A stretch of 64,000 nt of DNA from Chrysomallon squamiferum (GCA_012295275.1 CM022669.1:12896001-12960000), one strand, 5' to 3'; shown: positions 1 to 13,886, counted from the stretch's first letter. Made by a program: numbers and translations. Notes: generated from the sequence alone by a model not told the origin.

Positions 1-90
1 CGGAACGTGTTCAAATGTAGGTCCACGTCGTCGTGTTTGGCAGACGTCGGCAACGTGTTTAGATACGACAACAAAAATGAGTTAAAATAA
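1..90 (+). CDS. Possible C-terminal end of a convergent plus-strand gene entering from outside the window
   Basis: Frame 1 is open from base 1 to TAA at 88-90 (RNVFKCRSTSSCLADVGNVFRYDNKNELK*), is CpG-richer than its surroundings, and is followed by UTR-like sequence with AATAAA at 658-663. No recognisable motif. Confidence 0.25.
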   Translation, partial: RNVFKCRSTSSCLADVGNVFRYDNKNELK

Positions 91-747
91 ATAAACTGCC
101 AACATGGTTTACCGAATCAGACCAAGAAACAAACCCAAAGCTCAGATCAGACATTGGAAAATGAAAGTCGACTAACAGCGCGATATTAAAATGTTACGAC
201 AGTTTGCCTTTGTGTTTCATTTGTTTTCTTATTTTCTTTTTATTCTCATTTTATTATTATTATTGTGTCTTATCAGCGCGAAATTAAACTTTGACCATGG
301 TTTTCCTTTGTATTTCATGTGTTTTCTTGTTTCTTTTTTATTGTTATTTTTTTTTGTTTTATTATTTTATCTTCCTTGTCGGAGTGTTTCCATTGTCTGT
401 TATTGCTTCTCTCTGATTCATTTTGGAAAACAATTTCGTTTTTGTTCTGTAACTGTTATAAAGGGAAGTTCAGTCTGGTACAAGATAAAAATCTATACCT
501 GTCTTTTCTGAACTGTTGTATTTATTGTTCTGTTTATCATACAGACAGTATTATTCAGAAATAACTGGTAGTATTCTTAAATAGATTACATACCTGAATT
601 AATTTATATTTCATTAATTTGTATCTGGATTGATCGATTGATAGTGAGTGTTGTTGAAATAAATTTTTTGTTATTATTAATATTTTAGAGATAATAGCAA
701 ATAGGATAAAGGTAACACTTTATTTAAAAGAAATAATTTGCATAGTT

Positions 748-844
<97 letters not shown>

Positions 845-2094
845 TTATTTTGTTTGTTTCTCTTTTGTCTGGTTAGATTATTTTAGTTTTCATTCGTTAT
901 TTTATTTATTTATTTATCTATCTCTGTCTGACTATCTATCTGTCTATCTATCTCTGTATTTATTTATATTGCAAACCATTTGTTTCTGTTTTATGTTTAT
1001 CTTATGCTATGCTATGATGTGATATGCAATGCTATACGATATTATTTATCAGTGCATTTACTACGAGAGAGAGAGGAAGGAAAAACAAAAAAGAAACACA
1101 AAATGTAAAACGTTCAATTTTCTTCTGCATTAGTGTTTTAGAAAGTTCACATTTACGACTGCATTATCTGGTCAGCGAACGGGTTTGACATTTCTTGTGA
1201 ACAAAAACTATAAACTGAAACCTTAATGAATCTCGTACTGAAGCCTTTGAGAGTTTCACGTTATTTCTATAATTCAGTTAAGCTTCAAACTGAAACTGTA
1301 AAACATCCATTCCGGGAAGTGAGAACCATTTCAGCGTAAATGACCTTAAATGGTTTGTTGACTTTTTTTTTCTTTTCTTTTTTTTTTCTTTTTCTTTGCT
1401 ACTTATAGCCTACAGAAGCAACGTCATAAAAATCTCATGAATATTAATGAGGAAATGAAATCGCAACTTTTCTAATCAGGAGTGTTTGCCGATAAAAATC
1501 ACGAAAATAACCATAGTATGAAACATTATTATTGAATTTCAAAAAAACAAAAAAAAAAAAAAAAAAAACAAAGGAAAGAAAAACAACATAAGAAAGAAAA
1601 AAACAACAACAACAACATGAAAATAAAACTAAAACGTGTGCTACATCGCTTTTAAATATACCCATAACAATTAACGTTGCTTCGCATAACCTTTTAAACG
1701 TTACAAACGTAACTATGAACTAACAGATCAAACACAGCCAGTCCCAGAAGAGACAGAACGCCGAGTTCTAATTAACTTTACGTCTGTGATCTTTTGTTGT
1801 TGCTTCATCCTTGATGAAATGCTAACATTTTCATACGACACCCACCTCACGTTTCAGAGGGAAAAACACGAACATCTCTGATTACTGACAGTCGTTCAGG
1901 ACAGAAGGTGTAGGTGGACTGAAGTCTCTGGTGATGGATAGTTTCAGATTCTGACTAGGCAAATCTCTTGTTAAATCACACTTGCGTTCACTTGAGAAGT
2001 TAATTGTCCTGTTCTGCTACTTCATTAGTTCGTTAGTTAGTCGCTCAGTACTTCAGTAAGTAAAGTGATCAGTCAAAGTCGGTCGGTATTATAA

Positions 2095-2400
2095 CATCAG
2101 TAAATCAGTCAGTTGGTCAAACAGTCAGTCAGTCAGATAGTCAGTCAAACAGTCAATCAGATATAGTCAAACAGTCAAACAGTCAATCAGATAGAGTCAG
2201 TCAAATAGTCAATCAAATGGAGTCAAACAGTCAAACAATCAATAAGATAGTGAGAGTCAAACAGTCAATAAGACAGAGTCAGTCAAACAGTCAATCAGAT
2301 GTAGTCAAACAGTCAAACAGTCAATAAGATAGAGTCAAACAGTCAGACAGTCAAACAGTCAGTCAGTCACCCAGTCAGGGAATCAATCAGTCAGTCAAAC
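2095..2400. repeat. Degenerate CAGT/CAGTCAAA/CAGTCAATCAGAT minisatellite
   Basis: Many recurring cagtcaaa and cagtcaatcagat units, apparently derived from (CAGT)n. Confidence 0.85.
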
Positions 2401-2694
2401 GTACGATCTGTGATTCGTTCATTCAGTGAGTTAGTCATTCGAACACGCGGACAGACGCAGACTCGGAGAATGAGTTAGTAAGTCACTGGTTTACTCAGTC
2501 AGACAAACTGACAATCAGTCAGTCAATCAATCAGTTACTGAAAAAAAAAAAAAAAAGTTGTCAGTCAGACAGACACAGGAATACAGGCACTGACATATCT
2601 GCCTCTATGAACATCCATTTCTTAAAACAAAGCACACAATTTCAGAACAAAAGTTGTTTAGATCATTTAAAACTATCATTAATTTAATTTATTT

Positions 2695-2750
<56 letters not shown>

Positions 2751-2958
2751 TTTTTTTTTTTTTTTTTTTTTATAAACTAAATCTGAATCTCAAAGAAAAT
2801 TAAATTTAACTACGGATTATTTCTGAGAACTAATTGTTGCTATTATCTTTGTTATTACGGTTATCATCGTCATTATTATTAGTACTGCGGTGTTTGATTC
2901 TTCATCTTATTATTATTTTTTTTGTTGTATAATAATAATAAGAAGAAGAATAAGAATA

Positions 2959-3017
<59 letters not shown>

Positions 3018-3061
3018 CATCATCATCATTATTTAGAAGATGCAACAAAATACAAGAAAAG

Positions 3062-3108
3062 ACAAACATGAATGACATTGTTTATTGTTATAATTAAAAC
3101 CCTGTACA
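3062..3108 (-). terminator. Probable polyadenylation site of the Dpr-like gene
   Basis: Minus strand reads TGTA (3108-3105) ... AATAAA (3086-3081), then a GT/T-rich element (catgtttgtcttttcttgtattttgttg). Canonical arrangement, but AATAAA is very common in this window. Confidence 0.45.
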
Positions 3109-3206
3109 TCATGATTCATATAAACATGCACATTTTTGTCAAAATACATAATATATAACATATTCATATATACAAACATGCAGATTACAATTTGGGTTTG
3201 CTTTTA

Positions 3207-3257
<51 letters not shown>

Positions 3258-4908
3258 ACAAAAAAAACAAGTACACACACATATATTACGTGACACTGTA
3301 TCAGTAGACAATTAGTTCATCTTTTAACTGAAAGAATATTCGCACTAAATCCAGGTTTGTTCATCTAAATTATGATGATTTGATTAAGCGAGAAATTATC
3401 AAAAACAGATAATTAAATGCAACCTTTTAGGTTAAGAGTACCTGCCAGCCATGGATTGTTGGCAATATTCGCAGAATTAATGAAGTTTTAATGTAAAAAT
3501 AAAGTAACAGCTAAAAATAAGCGGCAGTAAACTGGAGTTATCATTCATCGTGTTCTGATTTCTTTGTTGTTGTTTTTTTTTAATTTTAATTTTATTTGCT
3601 TTCTTTTTTAACATCCTTTTTTTAACATTACAAATATCTTTATTCCATAATTTACTGCTCATATTTCATATTTTCTTTCTTTTAATGAAAAAACTCAAAT
3701 AAAATAAAATAAAAATAGATGCTCGTTATTTTAAGAAAGCACGGTGCCTTGAAGTCGGGTCCAAACTGTTTGCTGACAGAATTAATAGCCTTAACTAAAT
3801 TTTATTTTCTTTCGAGAAAAAAAAAAAACACAACCCAAATAACCTTTATGTTTCATTTCATTCTGTGTTATTCTTCAGAAAACCTTAGATCCTGATAATT
3901 CGTAAAAGCTATGAAATAATAAAATTATTAAAGCAGGATTTGAAACCGTTTGCCAAAAACGAAATCAGTGTGCCAAATGAAAAGAGAATTTAACTTAGAT
4001 TTGACAAGGCTGTTTGTTCACAGACTCTGATTGCAAAATTTAAATATTTGATGAGATTTTGTTCCTGTTATTCTCGAGAAAGCTGCAGTTAAGTTAAGGT
4101 CAAACTAATTAAATCTGGAAATGAAATAAAGAAACTATTTATGTGCGCTGTTGATATATGTGGAATTTCTTTCCTAAGACTGAATTTGATTTGTTTGCTG
4201 TTGCAAAATGAATTTAACAATAAAATCTGAAACACACACGCACGCACGCATATTCATATAGACAATTTGTATGTATGTACGAATGCTTATATGTATGTAT
4301 GTATGTTTGTCTGTGCTGTTGTTACTGCCGTTTTGGGAGGTTGCCTTTGTTTTAGTAGTAGTAGTAGTAGTAATAGCCGTATGAATGTATGTATATATGT
4401 ATGTCTGTATGTAAGTATATATGTATATATGTATGTATGTATGTATATAAGTATATATGTATTTATTATGAATGTATGTATGCATATATGTATGTATGTA
4501 TGCATATATGTATGTATGTATGTATATGTATATATGTATTTTGTATGTATGTATGTATGTATGTTGTGTGTATGTATGTATGTTTGGGACGTTATATATA
4601 ACAAACCGTTTCTCTAAGAATTTCCAGCACAGACAAATTCAGTGCCACAGAAAGATAGCAAAGCTGTCAGTAGGTAAACAAGCGAATTTGAAATACTGAA
4701 CACGATATTTCGATATCTCGAAATTTCAGTCCATGTGTTTCGCGTAAGAGAATGAGATGGACAAGAATCAAATGAATAGTGTAATACATATGTTTAATAC
4801 AGATACACATAGATTATATAGAGAATACATTAGTTACAGGTATGCAAAAACCGCTACGGGAATTTGCAACAATGATATATATAAATACAAGGAAATGAAA
4901 TGAATATG

Positions 4909-5117
4909 CAAATTAATGAATTTGATAAATACTTAAATTAATGCGACTGATGAAATATTTTAAATTAACGCATTGATAAAATATTTAAACTGACACACTG
5001 AATAGAATATTCAAAATAAGACAATGATAGATTATGTAAATTAACACACTGACGGAATATTAAAATTAACACAGTGGCAGAATATTTAAATTAAACACAA
5101 TGATAGAATATTTAAAT
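4909..5117. repeat. About 25-27 bp AT-rich minisatellite, about 8 copies
   Basis: Units resembling aaattaacacactgatagaatattt. Confidence 0.8.
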
Positions 5118-5382
5118 CTGGTTACGGTAATCTGAAGTCTCGAGAACATACAAGGCAAAATCCAATCATTCTACATCATAATAAAAATTATGGAGAAACA
5201 AATATGTATAGTCATAAATATGCATTGACATGCATATTATTTGTAAATACTAATAATGTTCTTATATGTGCGTTCATAGTGCAGTACTGTACAAAAACAA
5301 TAATAATGAAAAAAAAGATGTTCTATGTATTGTTGTTTCGATTATATTGTCTTTACGATTACCGCTGTTTTCTTTTTCTGTT

Positions 5383-5418
<36 letters not shown>

Positions 5419-5737
5419 GTAATAGTAGTAGTAGTAGTAGTTGTAGAAATAATAACCATTATCGTTGTTATCGTAATTTTGTTATTATTATTATTGTTGC
5501 TGTTGTTGTTGTCGTCGTTGTTTTCATTGCTATTATGTAAGCATAAAAAGCAGTGTTCTGTCGGTTAGGCTTTCGTTACCCTGATGTACAAATTGCTTAC
5601 CCGTACAAATCTTTAAAGCATGCTGCTAGAAAATTATTGACAAAAAAAAAAAAAAAAAAAGAAAAAAAAAAGATAAAAAAAGGGAAAAAAAGAAAAGATT
5701 TATATGCTAAGTTGTAACTTGAGATCGAAGATTTTTG

Positions 5738-5785
<48 letters not shown>

Positions 5786-6375
5786 GTAATTAAGCATCTC
5801 CAGTTTTACGTGAATTGTGAATTATTGCTGTTTTAAATTTAAACTTCTGTCATTATGAATATATCATATTTTCCTTTTTCATTTAATGTCTTAACTAATA
5901 TTTTGAAATTATTCAAGAACAGTTTGGCTTTGACATTTTTATCCCTTATTCTGAGTTCCGTGTCTATGTTAATCGAAGATCTACGGTTTTGTGTCAGTAT
6001 TGAGGGGAGGGTTGCGCAAAATTTCGAAGAATTACGACATTAAAAAAACATAATTTTCTTTTAATGTAACTTTAATAGTTTGCAATATTTGAGTCAAGTT
6101 AAGATATGATTAATGAAACATGCTGAAGTAATATTCTTGCTTTTAGTGGCAGGCAAAATGCCATTTACCTATTTATTCCCACTCAGATGTCTGGTTTTTT
6201 CGATACTCCCGATATCTCTTCGCAAGTAAAGATATATCGAAGTAACATCTGCCTGCCTTCAAACATCTTTAGAAAAGTGTTTGTGAGCAGGATTTTTTTG
6301 TTCTTCAGTCATTTAGAATATGATGTTAATATCTGTTAATTATCATTTAGGTAATTTAGGCTAATTGTTTTTAAC

Positions 6376-6412
<37 letters not shown>

Positions 6413-7554
6413 AATTGTTTATTTGGGCAACTTGTTTTTAATTAGTTTTCTTTGGAGTTTTCTGAGGAGTGGAGGATAAATGTTCTTTATTTCAGCTGAT
6501 GTTATGTTGTTTTTCAGAAATTATACATACAATTTTGTGTCACAGTCTTATGACACGAATACAAAATTATGTTTACATATTAAACTGAAAACGGATATTA
6601 TATATGCACGACAACACATCAAATAATTATACAGTTTTGACTATGAGATGCATCACTTCTGAGGAACACAACCAAACACTCACTGGTAGCGAAGTCAGAT
6701 GACAATTCTGTGCTCAAGATGAATTAACGAAACACAAACTAAACTCGTATCACGATTATCGATATACGTATTATCTGAAAAATATGTAGTGAATGCCTTT
6801 ACATCTTCATTTTATTCAGTTCTTCTTCAGTAAATTCGGTTTTTACCAATGCCATGCAAGGAGGTAATCATTTTGAGAAATTCTGGATCTCCCATAGAAA
6901 GATTAGTAACTTACGCCTTTTCAGTTCTTCACGTAAAACAACAGTAACGTATCCACAGACGAAACCAAATATGGTACAAGTCTGCCAACAAAGAAATGAT
7001 ACCGTGCTGAACAGAACTTTCGCAAATTATGTCCACGATAAGCATACTTGGATTTGTCTCTAACGATAGCATTTTAAATTAATACCCAAACCCATATAAA
7101 TAAAGGTCACGCAAATCAGGTCAATACGAAGTAGTAAAAAAAAGTCAACTATATTTTAGGTATGTACACTATAAACCATTTACTCATTCGAGGTGTCCAT
7201 CTCTTTGCTGGCAACATCACTTCGCACTCTGCATAGACGCATCTCATAGACTTTAACCATTCTAAACCTTTCAGCCGTCTTCCTCGAATCTTACCATCAA
7301 CAACAGTCAAAACGTATCATTTCACATTTCATTTCACCGTCTTCACACGCCTTTCTTCAAATTCTTCTCTGTTCAGAAGAAGAAGAAGAAAAAAAATTAA
7401 AAGCCCGCTTTTTTCACCATGCAAAATTTGTGCTGTAATTTTTCTGCTTATCTCGCCAAAGACTGCAAACAGGAATGTTTTAGAAAAAAAAAAATAGAAA
7501 AAAAAAATGATGGAAGATCCAAATCTTCATCCCAAATAGCTGGTCGTCTGTATT

Positions 7555-7700
7555 TTACGTCCCGACTAAGTGAAAATCGTTGAAGAAAGTCCTCCATATA
7601 GCGAAACACAACTGTACAAAGAGTAAAGAATTTAGTCTGAGGTAAAATACACCACCACTGTTGAGATAGCTTGAACTATTCGTTTCACCGACGATCGCAT
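7555..7700 (-). CDS. Terminal coding exon with GPI-anchor-signal-like C-terminus
   Basis: ttcttcttatctgtttcag|ATGCGATC, phase 1, translating DAIVGETNSSSYLNSGGVFYLRLNSLLFVQLCFAIWRTFFNDFHLVGT*. Small-residue cluster (NSSS/NSGG) followed by a hydrophobic stretch and a stop, with no cytoplasmic domain, as expected for Dpr-family proteins. Confidence 0.85.
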
Positions 7701-9271
7701 CTGAAACAGATAAGAAGAAAAAAAAACACAAAACAGAAATTATCGGTATTCTATTTCAACTTTTTTCAAAACTTGGCTGTTGCAAAGCCATAAAGTATTG
7801 ACTGTGACAAACAGCTAAAAATGACTTGTTTTATTATCTAAATAATTACAAAGCAGGTAATAATAATTGAAGCGAGACAACTGATGTGAGATTTTATTAC
7901 AATAATTATTTGTAATTTGTGTACATCTATATATATCTAATGTCTGTTTCTATCTAAATATCAATATGTGTCTAATATCTATATCTGTCCAACTATATAC
8001 ACACATAAACACAGACATACACAAACACACATACACACATAATGTTGGGGTTTGTACAACATTTTACTGCTTTTATGACAATGTCATCACCTCTTTCTCA
8101 CACAAGTTAATATGAAGAATAGATACACAGTGCACCTGTCTTGTGTGATAACCTAGGGGCCGAGCAAAATCATAATAAACATAAGGTACATTTATGTTTC
8201 AAAAATATTGCGTTTGAAACCTAAATAGAGATCCGATTTGTGCCAACCCCGCCATCATTTCGACCTCAAAAGTGCCGCTAAATAAAAATATTCGTGTTGA
8301 ATGTTTGAATTATCATAATTATGTATCAAATGGTTTGAACTCGCACAGTTTGTAGGCTGTTGTGATTCTACAAAACCAACATCCCTGCATGCACAGTGCA
8401 TTGCAGGAAATGAGCGATGCAGTCTTTAAAAATGACTTGTAGGCTAAAGCTTCCGTACAAAAACAAATTATTTATTTTTTAGAGAAAACAAATCCAGATC
8501 GGTAAACCTGTCCCCTGATCTAAGCGATAAAGCTATTGAAATAAAATCTGGACTGTGAAAAGCGTCCATACATCGTAAGTACCTTCTCATTTCCAGGTCC
8601 GTTAAAGGTACCAGGTACCACTGTATACGTTTTGTTAGAAATTATAAAACTGGAACCAACATTCTACTTAAATCCGATAAACCACTGAAGACAGTGACTT
8701 TGGTTCAATCACATAATCAGTAACAAAAATAAATTCTTCATTTTCTTCTGTTTTTTCGTTTAATTACCGTAGCCTGTTGCCACAATCAGAATCCTTCATA
8801 CATTTTTCATGACACCTGGCCGTGCTGGTCATTGTACTTTTAACCTCGGTCATTCAATCATACATTTGAGACTGGCGGTGCTGCAAACACTAGTAACTTA
8901 CCTCGCGTGTTTAGGATGCTGTTGACCGCTTATTTACGTCTTAATAAAGACGTAATTGAGATTTATCTTTGCAATCAAAGGTTAAACGTGAAACAAACAT
9001 GAATGGTGAGGAATTTATATGCTTTTCAAAAAAACAAAACAAAAAAACGTGGTAGCATTTAATAGCCGTTGGCTTCAATTTGCGTTTGATAGTAAAACTG
9101 ACGTAGATATGGACTTTCTTATTATTACAAGATATCAGACTAGCTTGTGCACAAAATGAGTATATCTACATTGAATTAAAAAAAGAAGAAAAAGTGTATT
9201 AGTTAACAGTCGATTAACGATAATAAATTGTAGCTGATTGAGAGTAATTATGTTTATCAGAAATACAACGG

Positions 9272-9305
9272 TTTTTTTTTTTATTATTATTATTTTTAAC
9301 ATATT

Positions 9306-9352
<47 letters not shown>

Positions 9353-9470
9353 TTTTAATTTTTTATTATTATTATTTTTAACATATTTTATTTATTTATT
9401 TTAATTTTTTATTATTATTATTTTTAACATATTTTATTTATTTATTTTAATTTTTTATTATTTTTAACAT
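9272..9470. repeat. Compound AT-rich tandem repeat
   Basis: ttttttattatta(tta)tttttaacatattttatttatttatt repeated about 4 times. Confidence 0.8.
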
Positions 9471-10164
9471 GTTTTTCAAATTCGTGTAAAATTTTTGACT
9501 TTGTGACATTTGGAGCTTATAAACAGTATCTCCCTATAACATACAAACAATTTAATTCATTTTTGTTTTACTTCTTTCATCATTTCTTTCGCTCAGTGTT
9601 CTTATTCATTGTTTATATATCGTCATCACCATCTGTTTCTTGCACACCTTTTCATTAGTCTTGGAATTCCTTGTTATTGTCGTTGTCATTGCTACTGTCA
9701 ATATTTCGTCTTCTGTAACAGTTTTGCTATTTAATATTAAACTGTGGGGTTTTTTCCTTTTCTTTCGGCTTCTCATTATAATATAAACTCTCGCATGGTT
9801 TCATATTGTTGCGAAAATGCTTTCCAACTGGAATTTACCAATTACGTACAAGACGTATAAAACAGAGACCTGAAAACTGACTTGATCGAGTTGGATGTTA
9901 GTCAGTGATCCGCAAATGCGACTGAACTGAGCCAATACTCGTGAGGTTTCCGTGGGAAACTTTCTAGATTTTAATAAAGTGAAGTGATATAAAATTTGAA
10001 GTATGAGACTGGAAGGTAAATATTTCCAAGTTTTATATGCAATTTTTGTTAAAGGAATCATAGCAATTCTTTTGTCTCCTGGGGCTCAGTCAACTGGGAA
10101 ACGTCATGTATAAGATATTCGTAAACATTTTATAATATGTATACTCCAAACAACCGTACAAAAA

Positions 10165-10196
<32 letters not shown>

Positions 10197-10714
10197 CAAA
10201 CAAAAAATAAAAATAAATAAATAAATTCAGCGAAAAATAACAAGAACAGCTGTTTGCTACACGAGCAATCTAAAAGTTTTTGTAAAAGAGAAAAGACGAA
10301 CTAATAGGATCGATAGCCTGAACTGGGAAAAAACAGCGCAGAATTCCACACCAAAGGAGTGAGATCTATCCCGAGATAATATTAACATGTTGAATCCAAA
10401 GCCGTTTAACAAAATTAGTCAGGAAATGCACGTACGAACTGTGAATGAAATTTTCTCTATTATATTACGTTGAAGGAGTTTAGCATAACTGTATGAACAT
10501 TTGGTAACTGAGGTTTAACTAATGTAATTAAAATACAAGAAAAGAAATTGGGTTGAAGTGATATTGTAGAAAATGTTTCTGATAAGATAGTGCTGAATAT
10601 ATGATAATGTTCGAACTTTTACTTTTTTAAACGGACACTAGCACAAACACATTAAAATTGTTATATCAGTTATACACACAAACACACACATACATGCATA
10701 TATACATACATACA

Positions 10715-10748
<34 letters not shown>

Positions 10749-10960
10749 CATTTATACTACGTGCGTATATACATACATATATATACATATATATATATAC
10801 ATACAGATATACATACCTACATATATAAAATTGCATTTATACATACATACATACATGCATACACACTTATGTAGGTTCGTACATACTGATTTGCATACAT
10901 ACATGTAGAGAATGGAGAGGGATTCAGAGGCAGAGACTGAGAGGTAAATGGCAAGATAAA

Positions 10961-10962
<2 letters not shown>

Positions 10963-11043
<81 letters not shown>

Positions 11044-11195
11044 CAGAAACAGACAGAGAGAGATCGTGACAGATAGAGAGACAGACAGACTGACAGACAG
11101 ATATATATATATATGTGTGTATATATATACAGTGAGAGAGAGAGACAGAGAGAGACAGAGAGAGAGAGAAAGAGAGAGAGAGATAGAGAGAGAGA

Positions 11196-11277
<82 letters not shown>
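10963..11277. repeat. Compound (GA)n/(GACA)n/(TA)n microsatellite, representative of dozens in the window
   Basis: Seen directly. Similar (GA/TC)n, (TAA)n, (TAG)n, (TTTA)n, (TATG)n and (GATA)n tracts occur throughout, e.g. 26735-26922, 40197-40317, 42188-42426, 43321-43434, 45888-46058 and 50328-50481. Confidence 0.97.
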
Positions 11278-11280
<3 letters not shown>

Positions 11281-11293
11281 AAAAAAAACTTAC

Positions 11294-11317
11294 CACGCCT
11301 GACATTGTATGTTCCAG
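11294..11317 (-). CDS. 24-nt microexon after Ig2 (AGTYNVRR)
   Basis: tcttctttttattacttttcag|CTGGAACATACAATGTCAGGCGTG|gtaagt. Strong acceptor, consensus gtaagt donor, phase 1-1, in frame between Ig2 and the terminal exon. Confidence 0.8.
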
Positions 11318-12106
11318 CTGAAAAGTAATAAAAAGAAGATAAAAATAATCATTAACTTTAAACGTTTCTTTCTCATTTTTTAAACACTTCGTTACTTAAG
11401 CCATCAGTCAGTAAACAATTTAATCAAGAGAAAAAACAATTTTCAATTTGTTTCCTTAGTGTTTCTTGAGATTACCAAATAGAGATCTTCTTTTCTATCT
11501 TTTTTTAAAAATGTTTTCTTCTTCAAATGCTAAATGATATGCGTTTTACTTTTGGCTTTTCTTTTTCTTTTGTCATTTCTATTTCTTCTTATTATTTTTC
11601 TTCTTTTTTTTTCCCCTCAGTTTTAAAATATTACATTTTGATATATTTTACTTTTCTTATTTTTTTTTATTTATAGTGTTTATTACGTGATAAATATAAG
11701 TTTCAAACAAACCTGACAGTTCTCAATATATTTGATGAACTACCGGCTTAATTTATTATTCTCGTTAAACTGGAAAGGAATCTGTTTTGCTAGACAAGAG
11801 GAATATATACATACACAAATACATTTCTTTTTCTTTTCTTTCGTTTTTTCTTTTTTTAAATTTTGTTCTGGAGAAAAGATTACAAATAGGATACACGTGT
11901 TTGAAGATTAGATTCAAATGTGTGCGTTAATAATATTCTTTAAACGTTAAGTAATGACTTGTGGAAATAGTTTGCAGATATAGAGATACAGGTATACAAA
12001 AATAACATACGTATGCTTGTGTATACACTTAATTCGCTATTAAATACATGGGTAAATAAACATTACCGCATGATGTTGAAAATAAGAACAAACACTTTAG
12101 CAAGAA

Positions 12107-12160
<54 letters not shown>

Positions 12161-12319
12161 CATGATCATAATCATAACCATAATAATAAATAAATAAATA
12201 AACATATAAAAATATATACATTATTTTATAAATAATTAAATGCTACGTGACTAGATAACGCTAACATTACATAAAACAAGTTTGTGAGGGTTTGTTTCGA
12301 AGACATATTTACTGATATA

Positions 12320-12584
12320 ACTGTCAAGTCACACACACTGTCATGTTACACACACTGTCATTTTACACACACTGTCATTTTACACACACTGTCATGTTAC
12401 ACACACTGTCATTTTACACACAGTCATGTTAAACACACTGTCACGTTACACACAGTATCACATTACACACATTGTCATGTTACACACTGTCATGTTACAC
12501 CCACTGTCAAGTGACACACACACTGTCACGTTACACCCACTGTCAAGTCACACACACACTGTCACGTTACACACACTGTCACGT
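12320..12584. repeat. About 17-bp minisatellite (cacacactgtcaYgtta) abutting the Ig2 donor site
   Basis: About 15 visible units ending a few nt from the gtaagg donor at 12590. Confidence 0.9.
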
Positions 12585-12590
12585 CCTTAC

Positions 12591-12881
12591 CGTTTAGAAC
12601 ATTAACCCTTGTGCTTGTGACCTGCTGGTCGGATGTTCGGCAGACGTACGTGCCAGCGTCCGAAAGCTTGGAGTCGTTAATTTCCAAAATGCTAACTATT
12701 GTTTTTGTGTTTATAGACACGAACTTCCTGATGTAAACTTTCTTGGAAAACTCCGTCGTCAGCTTGTTTCCGTTCTTGAACCAGTCGAGGTCCTCGGGCG
12801 GGTACTCTCTGCCAGTGGCGTTACACTTGAGAAAAATGCGTTCTCCCTTCTCGACGAAGTTCTTGCCCGTTATTCTTATAT
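12591..12881 (-). CDS. Dpr/ZIG-8-like gene, Ig2 exon
   Basis: tttctgtttctctcag|ATATAAGA...AAACG|gtaagg. 291 nt, phase 1-1: DIRITGKNFVEKGERIFLKCNATGREYPPEDLDWFKNG...LEINDSKLSDAGTYVCRTSDQQVTSTRVNVLN. Canonical Ig C...W...D.G.Y.C pattern. Confidence 0.95.
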
Positions 12882-13027
12882 CTGAGAGAAACAGAAAGTG
12901 AAAATGTTTTACGTTAATAATATTCGTTATGTGGATCATTTGTATTTATTAATTTTTTTGTTGTTTTTGTTGTTTTTTTGCTTTTGGTTGTTTTTTCTGT
13001 TGGGTTTTTTGTTGTTGTTTTCTTTCT

Positions 13028-13067
<40 letters not shown>

Positions 13068-13807
13068 TTTGGGTGGGTTTTTTGGGGGGTTATTGTGTTT
13101 TTTCTTAAAAAACCACATTCTGTCAGTTTTATGGTTCTTTTCGCTTCATGTATCTTTGTGACAGTAAATAATTATGTTATGTTCAGAAATGTATTTACAC
13201 AATATTATGTTAGAAAACTGCTTGTAAGAAAAATATGAGACGTAGACTTGAGACGGGGGAAAGAGACAAACAAATGGTTGGAAACCGAGGATGAAACGTT
13301 CCTTTGAAGAGTACCTGAAGCCATAGCTGATTAAATATTAAAATATTAAAATGAGGTTTCAATAAAATGTATTAATTAGTATATTATTATTGTTGTTATT
13401 GTTATTATTATTATTATTATTATCATCAGTGATAGTATTAGTATTAGTGGTAACAGCAGTATTAAATTAATATTGTTATTGTTGATGTTTGATGTTGTTG
13501 TTAATGTCGTTATCATAATGACCATGATCATTATCACAATTACCACATAAAATATATATATTCAGATATTTAATAAAAGGGAATCTAGTTCCACTACCAC
13601 AATGGGAAGGTAATATCTAAATAAATAAACAAATATATAAATAACCAAATAAACAAGAAATATTAAATGCAATACGATAGATACATGCATGTTTTCAAGT
13701 AACAGCTACAGATACAGTTATGTAATAATTTTTATTATACATATTATGCGTTAAGATTGATCCATTACAAAATACTGTACTATCTAATTATTCGTATAAC
13801 TGAATAG

Positions 13808-13886
<79 letters not shown>

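Noticed and set aside
8896-8920. Consensus donor GAG|gtaagt between the microexon and the last exon
   Set aside because: The nearest upstream acceptor gives a 17-nt frameshifting exon, and the next one I tested contains an in-frame stop.
12562-12939. ORF track start and stop for the Ig2 ORF (likewise 30541..30939)
   Set aside because: Only the splice-bounded cores are coding; the flanks are intron read-through.
13315-13326. 12-nt AG/GT-bounded phase 1-1 segment (AMAS)
   Set aside because: Weak pyrimidine tract and donor; expected by chance in an 18-kb intron.
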